From contig CAWJTV010000034.1 in assembly GCA_963845755.1 (NCBI GenBank), positions 576,001 through 640,000 on the forward strand: DNA of 64,000 nt, in the 5' to 3' direction. The stretch comes from an uncultured Planctomycetota bacterium (lineage in GTDB: Bacteria > Planctomycetota > Planctomycetia > Isosphaerales > Isosphaeraceae). The translations under genes and the position numbers were made by a program. Of the stretch, positions 63,313 to 64,000 are shown piece by piece. A model generated the notes under the pieces. That model was not told the origin of the DNA, searched no databases, and saw nothing but the letters and a program-made list of their open reading frames with translations. Numbering within the stretch: the stretch's first letter is position 1; each line of letters begins with the position of its first letter.

Positions 63313-64000
63313 TCACTTGCCTGACCGGCGCCGGCGAGCGACGCAGCCCAGGCCTGCCAGAAAGGCTGTGCCCGCCATGACCAAGGATGCGGGCTCGGGC
63401 ACCCCGGCCACGGCGATGTTGTTCACGGCGACGGGGCTGAAGCTTCCGCTCAGTATGGAACTGAAGAGCGGCGTGGAGGATTCGAAGGCGAACCCCAATC
63501 CGATGGTCCTGCTCGACACAAGTAGGCTCGCGAACGGGGAGCTAGCGGCACTGGACCCGGCCGTGATGTTGTTGACCAGCAGGTCGAAGCGGTTGCCCAT
63601 CGAGCTCTCGTTGTATTGGACCCCTTCAACGGTCCCGGAGAAATAACTGCCCACGGTGAGCGACGCGGTGGACGCGGGGAAGAACTGGGCCACGTTAACC
63701 CCGAACGCAGTTCCCGTCCCGACCAAGTTGAAGCTCCCTGAGACCGAGACTGGCGCGCCTACGATCGGGTCCGAGGCGAAAGACGATCCCGTGACGAAGT
63801 CCCCAGTGAAGTTCAGGACGCCAGCGCTCATGCTTGCAGTCCCGTTCGAATTGAGCGACCCGCCGTTGCTCAGCTCTATGACGGGCCCGGAGGGCGGAGG
63901 CGGAGTCGGAGGCAGGACGCATTGACAGGTGGTCATCACGTCGAGGGGGCTTCCATGCTTGTCCTTGATCGTAACGTCGAATGTCGCGCACATGTCCGGA
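63313..64000 (-). CDS. PEP-CTERM surface protein (5' end outside the window)
   Basis: AGVPEPASLVMAGTAFLAGLGCVARRRR at the C-terminus; the frame is open to the window edge. Confidence 0.85.
   Translation of the reverse strand, partial: PDMCATFDVTIKDKHGSPLDVMTTCQCVLPPTPPPPSGPVIELSNGGSLNSNGTASMSAGVLNFTGDFVTGSSFASDPIVGAPVSVSGSFNLVGTGTAFGVNVAQFFPASTASLTVGSYFSGTVEGVQYNESSMGNRFDLLVNNITAGSSAASSPFASLLVSSRTIGLGFAFESSTPLFSSILSGSFSPVAVNNIAVAGVPEPASLVMAGTAFLAGLGCVARRRRSGK

Overview
This is a GC-rich bacterial chromosome segment. Its gene content (TPR Ser/Thr kinase, Zn-ribbon membrane proteins, PEP-CTERM proteins, DUF4365, RAYT) points to a planctomycete, probably Isosphaeraceae-like; this is an inference. 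About 20 genes carry single-base frameshifts, most likely uncorrected long-read indels, so many coordinates join two or more ORF fragments. Main findings: (1) a compact ubiquitin-like conjugation operon, Ubl-E2-E1-JAB (18484-22619, minus), whose Rpn11-like JAB protease has two TM helices around a coiled coil. All three enzymes carry acidic-hydrophobic SIM-like motifs, and a membrane-anchored prokaryotic RING protein (candidate E3) lies about 23 kb away at 45187-46020. (2) A four-gene cluster of choline/ethanolamine kinase, plant/Plasmodium-type phosphoethanolamine N-methyltransferase, APC permease and phosphatidylcholine synthase (52265-56776), suggesting a eukaryote-like phosphobase route to phosphatidylcholine. 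(3) A RAYT tyrosine transposase next to three unrelated, co-oriented PEP-CTERM genes, each separated by clusters of the RAYT's own terminal repeat (59940-64000). (4) A tandemly duplicated DUF4365 + HicA-like pair. (5) A roughly 1540-aa protein with a voltage-sensor-like domain and no obvious pore. (6) A 1894-bp IS with 23-bp TIRs and a TCAA duplication inside a PEP-CTERM remnant. (7) Tex with a large disordered insertion, and EfpL. I recognised no rRNA, tRNA or CRISPR array. All family assignments come from motif recognition by eye; no searches were run.
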